Shown: one piece after another, positions 22,525-34,435 of the stretch
Layout: the number at the start of each line of letters is the position of its first letter
Position numbering within the stretch: position 1 is the stretch's first letter
Made by a program: the position numbers and the translations under genes
Assembly: GCA_001599295.1 (NCBI GenBank)
Contig: BCGN01000008.1
Location: 186,001-250,000, forward strand
DNA length: 64,000 bases
Reading direction: 5' to 3'
Source: Sporopachydermia quercuum
Lineage: Eukaryota
Notes under the pieces: generated by a model
What the model saw: only the letters and a program-made list of their open reading frames with translations
Database searches by the model: none
Told to the model about the DNA's origin: nothing

Positions 22525-25500
22525 ATGGCGGCAGAGATCTCACAGAACACAGGTTCATTGCCTGGTGATTTATCGTCATCAATGGAAGATATAATAAATG
22601 CTTTACAGCAACTGAACGTTTCAAACGAGCGTGGAAAAGAAAATCAAAAACAGAAGTCAAAAGATGAGTTGATTCAGAAATATCTTACCCCAAAAAATAC
22701 ATTAGACTGGAAGATTCTAGATTTAATTCAAGAGTAAGTACTAATTGATGAGTTAGTAGTGTTGATAGTGTTCATTGTGTTATATGTACGATTTCCATAT
22801 TATCCTACTTTTGTTTTCTTTTTATTTTCATAAACGATCTTGCTTTTAATCTAACAAACGAACAGTATTCCAAAGATTGAATTGAACCAGTATCAAGATC
22901 AATTACTGGAAATTCCAAACAGTATCTCTAGATTCATTTTCAAACCACGTTGGAAAGGTATTGATGGAGAAGTAATAGGATTTGACGAAGTAGCAAGCCA
23001 TGATCAAACTAATGAGGAAACAGGTACTAATTCATACTCGTTAAAACGACAAATGGGACCTAAATCAGATGAAATAAAAGGAAGCACTTCTCAATTGCCT
23101 TTTCAGCCTGGTGGAATTTCTATGGATGCTAGAACTTTAGCTAATAAGATTCTATTAATGCATAGAGATGCTGATGGTCTATTTGACATTCCTCCATCCT
23201 TAAGTAGAGGACTAAAACCCCAAGCGAAGTTAGAAACTTCTGATGGGATTCATCAATTAGAAGAAGAGAATGATGATGAGAATGACAGTAAAATAGCAGA
23301 GAACACCTCGGATGAAGGCGAAGCCTTAGATGAGATAAATTACGGAGATATTGATATCAGCAGTAATAACAACAAATACGATAATAATGATTTCTATTCC
23401 AAATCTATTGATGAAATATTACCAATTGACCTCAGTTTTGGGCGTGTTTTACCGTCAAATACCGCTACAACTACTAGACATAAAGAATGGGCTCATATGG
23501 TTGATCTAAATCATCGAATTGATAATTTTGATGAATTGGTTCCTAACAAAGCTAGAGAATGGCCGTTTGAACTGGATACGTTTCAGAAAGAAGCTGTGTA
23601 TCATTTAGAACAAGGAGACTCAGTTTTTGTGGCTGCTCATACTTCTGCAGGTAAAACAGTAGTAGCTGAGTATGCTATTGCTATGGCAAATAGAAATATG
23701 ACTAAAGCTATCTACACATCACCTATTAAAGCATTAAGCAATCAGAAGTTCCGTGATTTCAAGGAGAACTTTAAAGAAATAGACGTTGGTTTAATCACAG
23801 GAGATGTTCAGATAAATCCAGAAGCCAATTGTTTGATCATGACAACAGAAATTCTCAGAAGTATGCTTTACCGAGGTGCTGACATCATCCGAGATGTAGA
23901 ATTTGTTATCTTTGACGAAGTCCATTATGTTAATGATGTCGATAGAGGTGTTGTATGGGAAGAAGTTATTATCATGTTGCCAAGTCACGTGAAATTTATT
24001 ATGCTTTCGGCAACTGTACCGAACACGTTTGAATTTGCCGACTGGATAGGTCGAACTAAGCATAAGAATGTTTACGTAATCAATACACCAAAGAGGCCGG
24101 TACCCTTGGAGTATTTTATATGGACTAAAATGGATATGATAAAAGTTGTCGATGCGGAACGAAATTTCCTCGAATCAGCGTTCCGGAAACATGAAGTTAC
24201 ATTGAAACCGGAATTAGATAAAACAAGTTCCACCCAAGGGAAAGGGGGAAACAATTCCCGAGGAGGACGAGGCGGTAGTAATTCCAGAGGAAATCCCGGA
24301 AACAATAGGGGTCGAGGGAATTCCGGAAATAATAGAGGTAGAGGAGGAGCATCAGCTACTGGAACACCAGCTAGAAAGATTTTCAATCGTGATGGACCTA
24401 ATAAAAGTACTTGGGGAAGTCTTATTGCTAAATTGAAGAAGAAAGAACTTCTTCCTGTGGTGATCTTTGTTTTCTCCCAGAAAAGATGCGGAGAATATGC
24501 TAAATCGGTGGAAAGTGTTGATCTGAGTAGTCAGAAGGAGAAATCTCAAATTCACAGGTTTATTGATAAATCTGTATCAAGACTCAAGCTGGAAGACCGA
24601 GATTTACCTCAAATTATTGCTATTCGTGAAATGCTAGGCAGAGGTATTGCTGTGCATCATGGAGGCTTGTTGCCTATTGTAAAAGAATGTATCGAGATTT
24701 TATTTGCTAAAGGTTTAGTGAAAGTTTTATTTGCTACGGAAACATTTGCTATGGGTTTGAATTTACCTACAAGAACTGTTGTTTTCTCCGAAATTCGAAA
24801 GCACGATGGAAGAGGTTTCCGTTATTTGCTTCCTGGTGAGTTTACCCAAATGGCTGGAAGAGCGGGCAGAAGAGGTTTGGATAAAACTGGTACTGTCATC
24901 ATTATGTCGTACAACGAGCCTTTATCGAAATCAAAATTCAAAGAGGTGGCTTTGGGAACTCCAACAAAGCTTCAAAGTCAATTCCGTTTGACCTATAACA
25001 TGATTTTGAACCTACTGCGTATTGAAGCCCTGAGAGTAGAGGAAATGATCAAACGGTCATTCAGTGAGAATTCTACTCAAGTACTATTGCCAGAGTATCA
25101 AGATAAAGTAGCTAAGCTCGAGCAAGAACTTGATAGTCTGGCTGGCATTGATTGTAAGTTATGTGGTGATGGTACAATGGATTCATTCATCTCTAAGCTG
25201 TATGAGTATGAATCATTATATGCAGAGTTCATTGGCTCGTTTGGTCATCAATATAAAAAGCTTGGTTTGAACGTCGGAAGATTAGTAGTAGTACGATATA
25301 AAGGGATTGTGAGATACGCCCTGGTAGGTGCCTATGTGTCTTCTACTCATATTCCATTATATTTACTACCTCTTCTTTCAGGTTCAAATAGTGATCATGG
25401 CAAATTTCCCTTTTATCCAAACAAGAGTTTGTTGAAACAACTGGATCCTGTTCAGCTTGATGTTAAAAACTATGAGAATTTGAAGTTTGTCAAAATAACC

Positions 25501-26442
25501 AAGAATGAGCTTTTGAGAATCACTTCTATTGTTTTCCGAGGTAGTTTCTCTAAGATTGCTAGCAAGGATCCTGAAACGTTGAAACTGCTTGAAGTATTTA
25601 TGAAACGTATTCATCGACATAGAAATGATTTACCAATGCTAGACGTGCTGAAAATTGTTAAGACGATCTCTGAACAAGAAATGGCAGGTAAGATAGCTGA
25701 ACTGAATAAGGAAATTGATTCATATGAAGTCTTCAAATGCCCTAAGCTTATTGAACATTTATCACAAGCGAATGATGCTTATTCCAAACGGAAGCAATTA
25801 AAAGAGCTCAAGAGTTTTGTTTCAGAGGACAATTTGGATTTATTGCCTGATTATGTGCAAAGGTTGAAAGTATTAGAAGACTTAGGGTTTGTAGATAACA
25901 GGTTGAATGTCGTACTGAAAGGAAGAGTAGCATGTGAGATTAATTCTGGTTTTGAGTTGGCAATTACCGAATTGCTACTGGACAATTTTCTAGGTGACTA
26001 TGAACCAGAAGAGATTGTTGCTTTGTTGTCATGCTTCGTGTATGATAAGAAATCTGGAGAGCAAGAGATAACGTTAGCAACACCACGTCTTGAAGCAGGA
26101 CAGAAAAGAATTGAGGAAATTGTAAACAAGCTGAACTTAACGTATGAAAAATATCAAATAGTGCTGACCCAAGATGAGTCTGAGTTTCTCGAACGGAATA
26201 GATTCGGGTTGGTCAATGTTGTGTATAGTTGGGCCCACGGGCGAACCTTCAATGACATCATGATGGTTAGCCATGAATCTGAAGGTACTATTGTGAGGGT
26301 AATTACCAGGTTAGATGAGATCTGTCGAGAGGTTCGTAATGCCGCTTTAATCGTTGGAGATTATGTTTTGCATAATAAGATGGTTGAAGCTCAAGAGAAG
26401 ATCAAACGTGATGTTGTGTTCTGTGCTAGCTTATACTTGTAA
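22525..26442 (+). CDS. SKI2: Ski complex DExH RNA helicase Ski2, 2 exons
   Basis: Exons 22525-22733 and 22866-26442; intron GTAAGT..ATCTAAC..CAG restores frame. Motifs AHTSAGKT, DEVHY, RGG insert, QMAGRAGRRG, C-terminal KRDVVFCASLYL. Confidence 0.95.
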
Positions 26443-26820
26443 TAATGTGATAAAATAAGATCATCAAAATGAGATTGAAGCATTTTAGTAAAGTAACTGT
26501 CATAAATTTAATAGTTAATGATATAAACATAAAAAAATATATACAAGTCAATCAGTTATTCAGTCTGTATAATGGTTTCCGATTTCTGAGAATAACGGAA
26601 ATAATGGGAATTATATGCGAGCTCCGGAAATCTTGTGTGTTTATCAGGTGTCACTATGTATGTTCATCGTTTCCGCTCTTACCATCACTTTCTTTTGTTC
26701 ATTAAATCATCCAAAGCGCTCATCCTCATTATATCAAATGCTCATCATCCATAATTTGAAGTACTTTTTGGAGAGTTACATTTTTGGAATCTATTATAAA
26801 GAGCTGAACACAATTTCGCA

Positions 26821-27302
26821 ATGAGTTTTATGGGCCGCTGGTTTGTACCAATTCTAGCTGTGGGCTGGAGTGTCTATGCAGGTATGTTACACTGAAAGAT
26901 TCTATTGATATGATGACATTGACATCTCTATTGCTATTGTTGATCCAGGAGTCAGTTCTAACAACTGAATGAATAAATTAGGCATCAACTTTTTCAGACC
27001 TATAATTTTGTATGTTTTCTATGGTTCGGTTGTTCAATGAACCGTGAGTAATCACCAAGTTGAATCTGTAGTTCTAACTAGGATTAAGGGAGGACTTAGC
27101 AAAGAACGGAAAGCTTAAGCCTCAGTTTGAAGGAGAATATCTTGCCGTACATAAAAAGGAAGAAGAGAGATTACAGCAAGAAAAAGCTTTTTTCGATCTG
27201 TTCAAGAAACCTGATACGGGCGATTCGGTCTCCAATAGTGCTGCTCATAGTGCTGACGCTAGTACCACTGTCCAGGAATCTGACCCTCCGTCAAAGAACT
27301 AA
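26821..27302 (+). CDS. ECM19: Ecm19-like small single-pass membrane protein, 100 aa, 3 exons
   Basis: Exons 26821-26881, 26982-27009, 27089-27302. Both introns start GTATGT and have TTCTAAC branch points. Product MSFMGRWFVPILAVGWSVYAGINFFRPIILEDLAKNGKLKPQ... resembles the recalled Ecm19 core (SVYTG.RFF.P...L..DG.L). Confidence 0.8.
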
Positions 27303-27712
27303 CAATGATAATAACGACAAATCCACAATGAGTCCGGTACCATAAATATTACTACAATAAGGCCAAACTATTAATATTAAACTAACTGATTCAAATTTTG
27401 TATATACTTATACCGCTCTCATTTAGATGGGAAAGTATCATTTCTCTCATATTGTCGCATTATCTCCGCTATTGCCAACTCCGGAAATAATGTTCTTACA
27501 CATCATCCGAACCATATCGTCTCCGAAATTTCTCTCCTACTATAAAATTTTTTATCCTATTAGCATATCATCAATTCTCCTCCATCTTACAAGTACTTCG
27601 CTTTCACTTCAAATCTCCTATATATTTTGCCCTATTGACTCGCAATTTTTAGCTTACGTTGTATTGACTAACTGATAATCAATTCAATTCAAATCAGCTT
27701 ACTTTCATTACA

Positions 27713-29785
27713 ATGGCCAAGACAAAGAAAAGGTCCAAGAGGGACAATAGAAATAAGGTCCTGTCGAGGCCAAAAAATCAATCGAATAAAAATGATTCAG
27801 TAAAAGAGGAAAAAGTGAGAAATTCGAAAATCAAACCTTTGATTGAAAAATTGTCTTCTCCTGTTCCAAATGATAGATCAATTGCTGTATCTGCTGTATC
27901 TTCAATGTGTGATGATGCATATCTCAGGAGCTTACTACTGAAAGAGAGGATAGTGAAAATAGTGCTAGAACAACTGATAACAGACGCGAGCTTTGAAGTC
28001 GTGGTTGAGAGTTACGGTTTATTAAGAAATCTATGCTCAGAAGAAGGCTATGATGTTTGCATGTTTTTATTTCGTAATGGTATATTCACTGCCATAGCTG
28101 ATGGTATTAGTAAGTGTGAAGCAGGATTCAAAGTTTTGACTAAGGACTCTAAAGCTGTTGAAAAGACACTTCTGTTTGACTTTTCTGAGAATTTAATCTC
28201 ATTAATAACAATCTTGGGAAACAATATAGACGAGGCGTTTGATTATATTACTTCGGGTTTCCCCAAATTACCAGAATTCATTTCATTGATCTTCCAGAGT
28301 GCTGTTGATAAAGACGGTGAGCAATCAACTCTTCCTTCAACTCAGCTCATAAACCAAAGTTTAGAATGCGTTTTCATTTTCTCAGAAAGCTATGAATTTA
28401 TCGAAAAGCTTGCTTATTTCAATATAACTGTTGAATCTTTGAAACAATCTGGTTTATTTGCTAAGTATGCGTCAGTTTTAACTACAGTGTATGGATATGG
28501 TATAGAGTATCAGTTTATTGCTACAGAAGCTATTTCCAAGAAGGTTTCAATCGATGGTAATGAAAAAGAAATTGCAGTAATTCTTGGGGGTCTCCTGAAA
28601 GCAATCTCAGAATTAAACGTTGCTGAAGCCATAGAAAAAACTAAGATGGCTGGTACAGCTGCTGGAGCTACAGGAACTGCTGTTAGTACTATAGAAGCAA
28701 TCGTTGATTCCAGAACCAAAGAAGAAGCTAAAATAGAACAACAAGAACGAGAAAAGCTTCGCGCGATTGACGTGGCATTAGATATTATTACCGGGGCGCT
28801 ACGTTCAATCGCTGTTAGTTCTAATGATATCTTCAAGCCAGATGAGATAGCAGATGATGTAGAGGAGGACAATGAAAGTGAGATCACTGAGGACATTGAA
28901 ATGGACATTATAAATGATGATGGGGAGAATAATGATAATAGCAATAGCAACGATGCAGCTACCAAACTATCCAATAATCTTTCAACGACTCTATCAACTA
29001 TTATTTATCCTGGTCTAACAAGTTTACTTCAATTTGACGAAATACGGAACAAAGCATTAATAACACTAAACAATCTTATTTGGCTTGTCACTGGCTCAAA
29101 TATTATCACCGATGAATGGAAATTTCTTTTACAATCGTTATGGAAACAGTGCGAAGAAACATCAATCGATTTGCATAATGATAAAGAGCTTACAGCAAAT
29201 AAGTTTGAAACTGTGTACTCAATTTTAGGTATTGAATGGGGTTTGATAAAATGTTTAGATGTGAAGGTACCTTCAGAAAAATGCATTTCAATGATAAACA
29301 GTTGTCGAACAATTTTCTCTTTGTTTAACCGTAGCGAGATAAAGAATACTAATGATCGTACTAGTAATGAAATTCAAGAGCTTCCAATCACTGATGAGGA
29401 GAAAATTGAGTTTATTACGAGAAACATTGGAATTCTCAGCTTTGTCTGTTTAAAGGATGACTCAAATATTGATGTCGTGAAAGCAGTTACCGAATTCCTG
29501 TTCAGTTTATTACCAACTGAAAGTAATAATACCAGTTCAGTTGTTCCTGAGTTATTGGTTGAAAGTTTGAATAGTTTATTTGATATTTATGGTGATAAGG
29601 CATATAAATACGACAAGGAGTTGTTTGTTGATGGAGAATTATTACAGGTCTTGCAAAAGTCGCTTCCTAATGTTAAAGCTGTTGTCAAGAAGATTGATAG
29701 GAAGAAAAATTGGGGTTTGAAGGAAAGAGCTACAGAGAGTTTAACTAATCTTACTAGATTTATTAGTTATAAGCAAAGGGAGTAG
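27713..29785 (+). CDS. SYO1: Symportin Syo1 (HEATR3), uL5/uL18 import adaptor
   Basis: Basic N-terminal NLS MAKTKKRSK, ARM/HEAT repeats (GLLRNL..EEGYD), acidic loop, LFDIYGD..Y.YD, NL.RFI.YK. Adjacent to UBC9 as in S. cerevisiae. Confidence 0.9.
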   Translation: MAKTKKRSKRDNRNKVLSRPKNQSNKNDSVKEEKVRNSKIKPLIEKLSSPVPNDRSIAVSAVSSMCDDAYLRSLLLKERIVKIVLEQLITDASFEVVVESYGLLRNLCSEEGYDVCMFLFRNGIFTAIADGISKCEAGFKVLTKDSKAVEKTLLFDFSENLISLITILGNNIDEAFDYITSGFPKLPEFISLIFQSAVDKDGEQSTLPSTQLINQSLECVFIFSESYEFIEKLAYFNITVESLKQSGLFAKYASVLTTVYGYGIEYQFIATEAISKKVSIDGNEKEIAVILGGLLKAISELNVAEAIEKTKMAGTAAGATGTAVSTIEAIVDSRTKEEAKIEQQEREKLRAIDVALDIITGALRSIAVSSNDIFKPDEIADDVEEDNESEITEDIEMDIINDDGENNDNSNSNDAATKLSNNLSTTLSTIIYPGLTSLLQFDEIRNKALITLNNLIWLVTGSNIITDEWKFLLQSLWKQCEETSIDLHNDKELTANKFETVYSILGIEWGLIKCLDVKVPSEKCISMINSCRTIFSLFNRSEIKNTNDRTSNEIQELPITDEEKIEFITRNIGILSFVCLKDDSNIDVVKAVTEFLFSLLPTESNNTSSVVPELLVESLNSLFDIYGDKAYKYDKELFVDGELLQVLQKSLPNVKAVVKKIDRKKNWGLKERATESLTNLTRFISYKQRE

Positions 29786-30771
29786 AAGTGTGTGATCAGC
29801 TGCTGGAATCATCTGCAGGAATTAGAATCAGTAACTGGAAATAGTAGATCAACGTCGTAAGAGTTATGTGGTAGTAAAGAATATTTGAGTATTAGAGTGT
29901 ATTGTGAGAAAAGTAGACTATGAGGGAATAGTATTCATTATGCTGATATGTTCATGCTTATACATTATGAGTATGATATATAAACAAAAGCGATGACATA
30001 TAATTGGTCCTAGCTCATATCTTGTTAACTATTCAATCATATTATATAGCGAATTACTATTGACTGAGACCATGAGCAAATGAGTTTCTTAGTGAAAGAT
30101 ACTCAGGTGATGCCATGTTATTTGCTATGTAAAATTTATTTATTCATAATAACAAACCTGTGCACCACAGCAACAGTTCACTGTTGATGAGTTGTTCATG
30201 TACTAGTTGAAACGGAAGTAGTAATAACGAAAGCATTAAAAGGCAAAGGAGAAGAAAAACAAGGGAATACAAGCAGCAATCGAATAGAAGTAGACGACAA
30301 ATAATAATTGTTGGTTCATTTAGGCTTCTTACTGCCTATAGTATAATAGTTTTCTAGTTTCTTTCCCAAACAGCAAATGTTCCTCTATGATCATCTTTTT
30401 CTTCTTATGCTACGTCTTTAATTGACTTGATGCAAACCAACTCTGATATAACATTGCTTATTCTCATTTCTGCTACTCTCCATCTCTTCGGTCGTTTCTG
30501 TTAACTTCAAGGCAACATACTTTCCCTTTTTCTTGTTCTGCCCTGGTCGTATTCCTTCTTTGCTAACTATGCATGACGTTACCACTTGGACTAAGAACTT
30601 ACTTCACCCACGTTATATCATATCTCTTTTTCTCTCAGCTTAACTACATTACTAATACATTTCTACCACACATACTTGTCAAGCCGACACATTCTATTAA
30701 CAATACATTTATTCAAAATCTTCCTGTCCAACACATTTGAATCATCTATCAGTCTCCAGTACTCTTACATC

Positions 30772-31376
30772 TCAAGCGGAAGTGTACCTTCTACATTGCT
30801 CTTTAACCTTTCTTTCATACAAAGCAGTATCCGACTTGAAAGCCTTGAAAGCATCTACCTGAGCTGGGGAATCAGGATTTGGATCATTCAATAATTCTTG
30901 AATACCTAGTAAAAGCTGCTTTACAGTAATTGCTGGTTTCCAATCCTCATCTTCATTCAATATACTAAGACAAACAGTTCCACTAGGATAAATATTGGGG
31001 TGCCAGAACCCAGCAGGAAATTGACATTTTGGTGGTTTAGTAGGATATTCTTCTGGGAATCTAATGGTAATAGGATATGTGCCACCGTCCCATAAAGTGT
31101 TTGCTTTGCCAGGGATTCCTGCATTCCATGTCATGAGGTCTAAATTTCCTTGGGCATCTTTAGCGGGTTTGGCGAAAAATCCAAAAGGATGATCCTTACG
31201 CCATTGTTTTCTATTTTTGTAAATCATGTTAGTAACAAGATAATCTTGAAAGTTGATACTTATAGCTCTGATGTGTTGTGAAGTGAGTTGGTAATGTATA
31301 CTTGATTGGATGATCAAAGGAAAGAAACAAGTACATACCTTTCTTCTTGCAGCCTGTTTTTGCACAGAGTCGACAT
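30772..31376 (-). CDS. UBC9: SUMO-conjugating enzyme Ubc9, 2 exons
   Basis: Exons 31376-31339 and 31210-30772 (158 aa). [24 protein letters not shown] and [15 protein letters not shown]. Intron GTATGT..TACTAAC..TAG. Confidence 0.97.
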
Positions 31377-32285
31377 TTTGATGCAATTTCAATAGGAAAT
31401 ACTGACTGTTACTATGATATTTCATATGAATTTCTAATTTGATTATTCATGGATAATCAAAACAAATCATAATATATGACAAAGTTGAATAAGCTGATTT
31501 GAACGGATCTGTTGATGTTCAAAAAGGATATGGGGTCCAAATAGATGATTATGTAAGGATAAATCGTAGGTAGAGATTTGGTTCGATTTTAGTGATTATA
31601 TAATCATTTCATATATGGAATAGATGTGGATACTGGCGTTCTCACAATTACAGTAGCTAAAGCCCGTATGAATTTATACTATCAAAGGAAATAATAAAAA
31701 GACTCCTCTAATATCTCAAATTCTTTTTCAATTCTATTCATTATTTGACATTTGTTTTATCAACGCTTTCATTGTCTACCGTGAATCAACTTTCTCATTC
31801 TTAAAATCTCTCAATGTACCCTCTCAACCGAGGCGGTGAATCTTCAAAACCGGAAATTATACCCCACTCACTCCAATGTCATATGTCTCCTGACAATACT
31901 CCAAATCCGGGTAATACATTCTACTTAACCGCGGTGAAGTCAAGACATAAAGAAATGTTTTATTATTATGAGACCTCTGGATGGGACAGTAATAAATGTA
32001 GCATAAATAAACCCCAGTTATTGTAGCTACAGTATTGGCAAGTCTTTCAACCTAATGTTCTCATGAATTCAAAGTTTCCTATTTTCTTACTAGATTTAAG
32101 TATGGCAATTAGGCGAAGTAACAGGGAAGCATTTCAATCGTCTGTTGCAGAATAGGTACAATTGGCGCATGTCATTCTTCTCTATCACGAGCAAACAACT
32201 TTCATCAACTGGAATTGACACGGGCACAGAACACTTTTTATTCTACAAATTTTCCGTGTACGATATAAAATAAAAATCACTCACA

Positions 32286-33444
32286 ATGGGAGCAGCCTCA
32301 GATTTTGACGATTTAGACGACTTGGATGAGTATTTAGATGAGTTCAATGACATTCTAAGTAAACCACCAGGACATGGTATAACTGATTCCTCAGCTTATA
32401 TGAAAAGTGAAGATGAGTCTAAAGCAAGTGTAACACCTGCGGTTGGATACAATGCTGAAAATGGAACAGGAAACATAGAAGCTGAAAACGGAGATAAAAA
32501 TTTACAAGATCTTCAGATGAATAAAACTAAAGGGCAAGAAAATGATATTGAAAACGGAACAGGATTGGGGATAGATTTCGATACATTTGATCCCGATGAC
32601 ATGGATCCTGAAGATTTTGCTCAGCAAGTACAACAGGGAATGAAAGAACTATTCAAGGGGATGGATACGTCACCAGATGCTCAAAAACAGCTGGAAACTC
32701 TTTTACGTGAAGTTTCCGTATTAACAGGAACTTCAGAACCAGAGCCAAAAGGCGATTCCAATAAATCAGAAAAAATACCGGCTGGAAACTCGTCTTCTAG
32801 TTCAGGTGCCTCAGCAGGTTTGAACTCAGTTATATCTGATGCGTTGAACAGGATGAAAGAATCCGGCCAGAAAATTGACAATGAGATAGAAAATGAGACT
32901 TCCGATGACTTTTTGTCAGAGATGCTCCGTCAATTAAACCTATCTCAATCACCAAATGGTGAAAAGGGAGATTTCAATATCAATGATTTGTTTTCAGATA
33001 TGTTAGAGCAACTAAGCAGGAAAGATATATTATATGAACCAATAAAAGAACTAAGTGATAAGTTCCCTGCCTGGTTAAAGGAGCATAAAGCTGGTTTATC
33101 TGAGGATGATAGGGAACGTTATTTATTACAGCAGCAACTAGTCGATGAGATGGTTGCTAAATACGAAGAGAGAAATTATAGTGATGAGAGCAAAGAGCAT
33201 AGAACTTATATTTCAGAAAGGCTAGAAAAGGTATGTTATGTTGAGAAACATGGAAGCTTTATTCTGCAGATGGTTATTTGATGAGAATATAAATAATGAA
33301 ACTAACTGATTGATATAGATGCAAAATGCAGGTGCTCCTCCAGCTGATTTAGTAGGTGACTCTGGAATCCCTGGTTTAGATTTCAATGACAATAGTCTTC
33401 CCGATATCCCTGATAATCTTGATCAACAATGTGCTCAAACATGA
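32286..33444 (+). CDS. PEX19: Peroxin Pex19, 2 exons
   Basis: Exons 32286-33230 and 33319-33444. DDLDDLDEYLDEF N-terminus, KDILYEPIKEL..KFP.WL. Exon 2 MQNAGAPP...CAQT* supplies the CaaX box. Confidence 0.93.
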
Positions 33445-34435
33445 CAGTGATGGTTGTAGTTAGTTTTTATGATTATTTGTAATTTGTAATGTGATGTGAA
33501 GAAACTTTTCACTCATCAGTACCGTTGTATCCTAAAGGATGATAACTAGTGTCAATTCTTGTTGAACAACAGTAGGAGGGTGACCATAATCTCCTTCTAT
33601 AACTAAAAATGACAATTTGATGAAGTTTAGTGGATTAGATTATTTGGTGAGTCATTCGACCTGTCAATATGAAAGATTATACTATGAATGGGTAACGATA
33701 AAGAATTAGTAGTCTGACAATTATGACTGGCTCAAACTACTTTTCTCTCACAGTGAACATATGTCAATTTTGAATGTTATATTATTATAAATGATCTATT
33801 CGGTTATACTGAATCAATCAAAGTAGTTCTATAAGATAACTATAAAGTAATTAAAAGAAAAAGAGAAGGAAAGAAGACCATGTTACTTGAAGAGTTCATA
33901 CATGCATGTATGAAAATGCGTACACATGTACTCCATCAAATTGATGCATCCAATTGCATAATTTATACATCGACTGTAAACTTAAAATACCAAAACAATC
34001 GTAAATTCAATTCATCTTTAAGTGCTTCACAACAACAGCATCAACCATCAATCAATTAATTGTTTTTGAATTCACTACATAAGCTATAAATCAGTACATT
34101 GTATAGATGCTCGATCACACTTACTAGTGATATAAAGTGTTTCACACCAACGATACACTTGGTGGATTACATAGCTTGTTTCTTCCTATATGACGTTACA
34201 ATAGGCATACCAGATTGTAATAGAATCTATAGCAGTGGATCAGATCATATTTACCATAAGGTGTATGCTATACATAGAAGAATACTTACATAAATAGGAA
34301 TTCATATTATTATTCTTGAAAGAAAATCAAAGTGTCGACAACTCAATCAGCAAGCAGTTCAACGTCACTGGTTTTCTTATTTTTACTGAATAGCCAGAGA
34401 AACTACTACTACTACATACACACATACAGTCAAAA

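Noticed and set aside
24238..24350. RGG/GN-rich repeat inside SKI2
   Set aside because: An RG-rich insert in the helicase core is a known Ski2 feature.
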